Positions 22,989-24,026 of a DNA stretch of 24,026 bases are shown one piece after another. Within the stretch, counting starts at the first letter, position 1, and every line of letters starts with the position of its first letter. The notes below the pieces were generated by a model that saw nothing but the letters and a program-made list of their open reading frames with translations, made no database searches and was not told where the DNA came from. The stretch comes from a virus (taxonomy: Duplodnaviria > Caudoviricetes): positions 1-24,026 of the IMG/VR virus record IMGVR_UViG_3300022173_000071; one strand, given 5' to 3'. Both the position numbers and the translations under genes were made by a program.

Positions 22989-24026
22989 ATGCGGATGTCG
23001 GACTTGGTGATGTTGGTGATGCGGGTGTCACCGAGTGTCCTCGACGTTGAAGTCAGGACCTCGGATGACACCCTCCAGACCCTCCCCGCGGGCATGGTGT
23101 ACATCATGGTGTCCACCAACCTGGAGGGCGCTGAGCTGTACGACCTGCGCGCAACCATCGGGCAGGCAGTTGAGCCGTCGCGCCCGATGGGTGTTGGTTA
23201 CGAGATCGTGATGAAGCGTCCTGGTGCGGGAAGCATCGTTGGGAAGACCGAGCGAGGTCCAGCTCAAGAAGTGCGGATCTTCGAGTCGCCGGGTGAGGTG
23301 ATGCGTGCCTTCGGGTATGACACCAAGCCGCAGCGCACCCGGTTCAACGCACTCGCGGATGAGCTGACCGCGGAGCTTGCTCCACTCAAGAAGCCGAGCA
23401 CGAGCCCGGATCCATTCACGGCGCCGCGCCTCTTCGAGCTGATCATCGAGGTGAAGGACCGGAAGGTCTCGCCGTGCCCGAAGTGCGGATGTCAGGCGTT
23501 CACACCAGGCACAGTCGCAGGCAAGCCTCGGTTGAGCTGCCGTGGATGCCCGCTGCCCTCTCCGAACTATCCGGTCAACAACCTCGATGCATGGGGAGCC
23601 GCATCACAGGAGTACAAGTGCGGCTCGTGCGGGAAGGGCGAGCCCGTCACGATGCTGATGGGTGAGATCAACCTCTACTGCAGAGGTTGCGGAAAGCTGA
23701 CGCTGCACACCAAGCAGGTCGATAAGACGAGGGTCCTCACCGGATCGAAGGCCATCTTCAAGTTCGATGGTGTCGAGGTTGGGTTCGCGAGCGGTGTGGA
23801 AGAGATCACCTATGAACCTCTCGATGCAGCCGATGTGGTGGTGAAGGACTACGTCCCAGGAGAATACGAAGGCACCATCTCGATGACACTGGTGCAGACC
23901 GGCGAGAGCACGTGGCCGGACGAGATCTCGAACGAAGCGCTCGCGGAATCGATGGAGCAGCTCAAACAGAACCCTCCACCGACAAGCGATTGGGTGCGAG
24001 CCATCGAGCAGATGCAGACGAAGGTC
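22989..24026 (+). CDS. multi-domain protein, truncated by the window end; four CxxC pairs, segments resembling a baseplate-J C-terminus and a tail-tube N-terminus
   Basis: GAGGAG RBS 22976-22981 then ATG 22989; frame open to the window end (missing from the ORF track, presumably because it has no stop); CPKC, CRGC, CGSC, CRGC. Confidence 0.75.
   Translation, partial: MRMSDLVMLVMRVSPSVLDVEVRTSDDTLQTLPAGMVYIMVSTNLEGAELYDLRATIGQAVEPSRPMGVGYEIVMKRPGAGSIVGKTERGPAQEVRIFESPGEVMRAFGYDTKPQRTRFNALADELTAELAPLKKPSTSPDPFTAPRLFELIIEVKDRKVSPCPKCGCQAFTPGTVAGKPRLSCRGCPLPSPNYPVNNLDAWGAASQEYKCGSCGKGEPVTMLMGEINLYCRGCGKLTLHTKQVDKTRVLTGSKAIFKFDGVEVGFASGVEEITYEPLDAADVVVKDYVPGEYEGTISMTLVQTGESTWPDEISNEALAESMEQLKQNPPPTSDWVRAIEQMQTKV

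Overview
This window is most simply read as part of a GC-rich dsDNA tailed-phage (or prophage) genome. About 55 tightly packed genes lie on the + strand, many coupled by ATGA/GTGA/TGATG overlaps. The long minus-strand ORFs look like antisense shadows. Recognisable products are a Ycf46-type AAA+ ATPase (5797-7341), RuvB (13011-14003), a Topo VI-A/Spo11-like TOPRIM protein (15908-16936), a ribbon-helix-helix (RHH) regulator (19601-19810) and a large terminase (19835-21589). Most other genes are small hypotheticals, many Cys-rich. One gene resembles a small myxobacterial protein, which tentatively suggests a Myxococcota host. The most notable items are: (1) a RuvA C-terminal (RuvB-binding) domain fused to an N-terminal membrane anchor in place of RuvA's junction-binding domains, three genes upstream of RuvB; (2) a ~54-nt three-way-junction element found four times at gene 3' ends with a compensatory base-pair change, plus a fifth copy that keeps the architecture with a different sequence; (3) five sigma70-type promoters whose -35 box lies inside a shared 15-bp palindrome, with a perfect copy in front of the RHH gene. 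All family calls come from recognising motifs by eye; no searches were run.
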